Origin: an uncultured Lentisphaerales bacterium
GTDB taxonomy: Bacteria; Verrucomicrobiota; Kiritimatiellia; RFP12; CAZZCT01
Length of the DNA: 64,000 nucleotides
NCBI GenBank assembly: GCA_964652365.1
Contig: CAZZCT010000003.1
Location: 158 to 64,157, forward strand
Reading direction: 5' to 3'
Of the stretch, positions 63,870 to 64,000 are shown piece by piece. Position 1 is the stretch's first letter, and each line of letters opens with the position of its first letter. The position numbers and the translations under genes are program-made. The notes beneath the pieces are model-generated. The model made no database searches. It was given only the letters and a program-made list of their open reading frames with translations, and was not told the origin of the DNA.

Positions 63870-64000
63870 ATGCACCCGCTGTGGCTGAACCGCATCGTGA
63901 CGGCCGCCTTGCTGGCGCTCGCCTGCGCAAGCGGCTGCGCCCTGTTCGATCGCCGCGAGCGCCCGCCGCCACAGATCAGCGACTCCCAGCTGAACTGGCT
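63870..64000 (+). CDS. Partial ORF (5' end only) encoding a probable lipoprotein
   Basis: The ATG at 63870 gives MHPLWLNRIVTAALLALACASGCALFDRR, a lipobox-like A-S-G-C. The ORF is open to the window end and is not in the ORF track because it is truncated. Confidence 0.5.
   Translation, partial: MHPLWLNRIVTAALLALACASGCALFDRRERPPPQISDSQLNW

Noticed and set aside
1-64000. Search for CRISPR arrays, IS elements, integrases, prophage genes, toxin-antitoxin or known defence-system genes
   Set aside because: I saw no spaced direct-repeat array, no transposase, integrase or recombinase motif, no long terminal inverted repeats and no nuclease or ATPase defence hallmarks in any credible ORF. Apart from 4255-4440, I noticed no other obvious GC-poor segment.

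Overview
High-GC (about 65%) bacterial chromosomal window with dense coding and strong codon-position GC bias, so most long alternative-frame or antisense ORFs in the track are artefacts. I support 46 protein-coding genes. I found no rRNA, tRNA, CRISPR array, transposase or integrase. The domain repertoire (DUF4159, giant TPR proteins, TSP3 and DUF11 adhesin-like modules) suggests a PVC-type or related lineage, but that is only a guess.

The window has two parts.

(A) 290-26861. A large secreted mosaic protein on the + strand converges on a roughly 22 kb co-directional minus-strand gene string. In transcription order the string encodes: a bPH-like membrane protein, a sugar-1-P nucleotidyltransferase, an anomeric sugar kinase, a PA14-PKD-TPR protein, a tandem-DUF4159 lipoprotein, a 761-aa TPR protein, a 2666-aa TPR giant, a 139-aa orphan, ExbB, ExbD, ExbD, a 140-aa Ala/Pro-rich bitopic protein, a polytopic DUF4159 protein and a 376-aa membrane protein. 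It contains an ExbB/ExbD2 proton motor, but no TonB C-terminal domain and no TonB-dependent receptor is visible. I consider it the best candidate for an undescribed envelope machine.

(B) 27170-64000. A very large surface-glycan locus containing:
- a complete pseudaminic acid pathway (pseB, pseC, pseF, a pseG-pseH fusion and pseI) with two inserted methyltransferases and a KpsS-like putative pseudaminyltransferase;
- a CDP-3,6-dideoxyhexose (paratose/tyvelose-type) pathway (ddhA, ddhB, ddhC, a 4-reductase and a 2-epimerase) with no E3 reductase in view;
- two GT-C-like membrane proteins, a MOP flippase and about 10 glycosyltransferases;
- six SAM-methyltransferase domains and a secreted LamG/Calx-beta protein.

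Notable DNA-level signals:
- a heptanucleotide tandem repeat inside the 5' coding end of the tandem-DUF4159 gene;
- a 12-bp inverted repeat plus triple direct repeat upstream of the first gene;
- many 4-nt start/stop overlaps (ATGA, GTGA, TTGA).

All functional calls come from motif recognition by eye. No database search was run.
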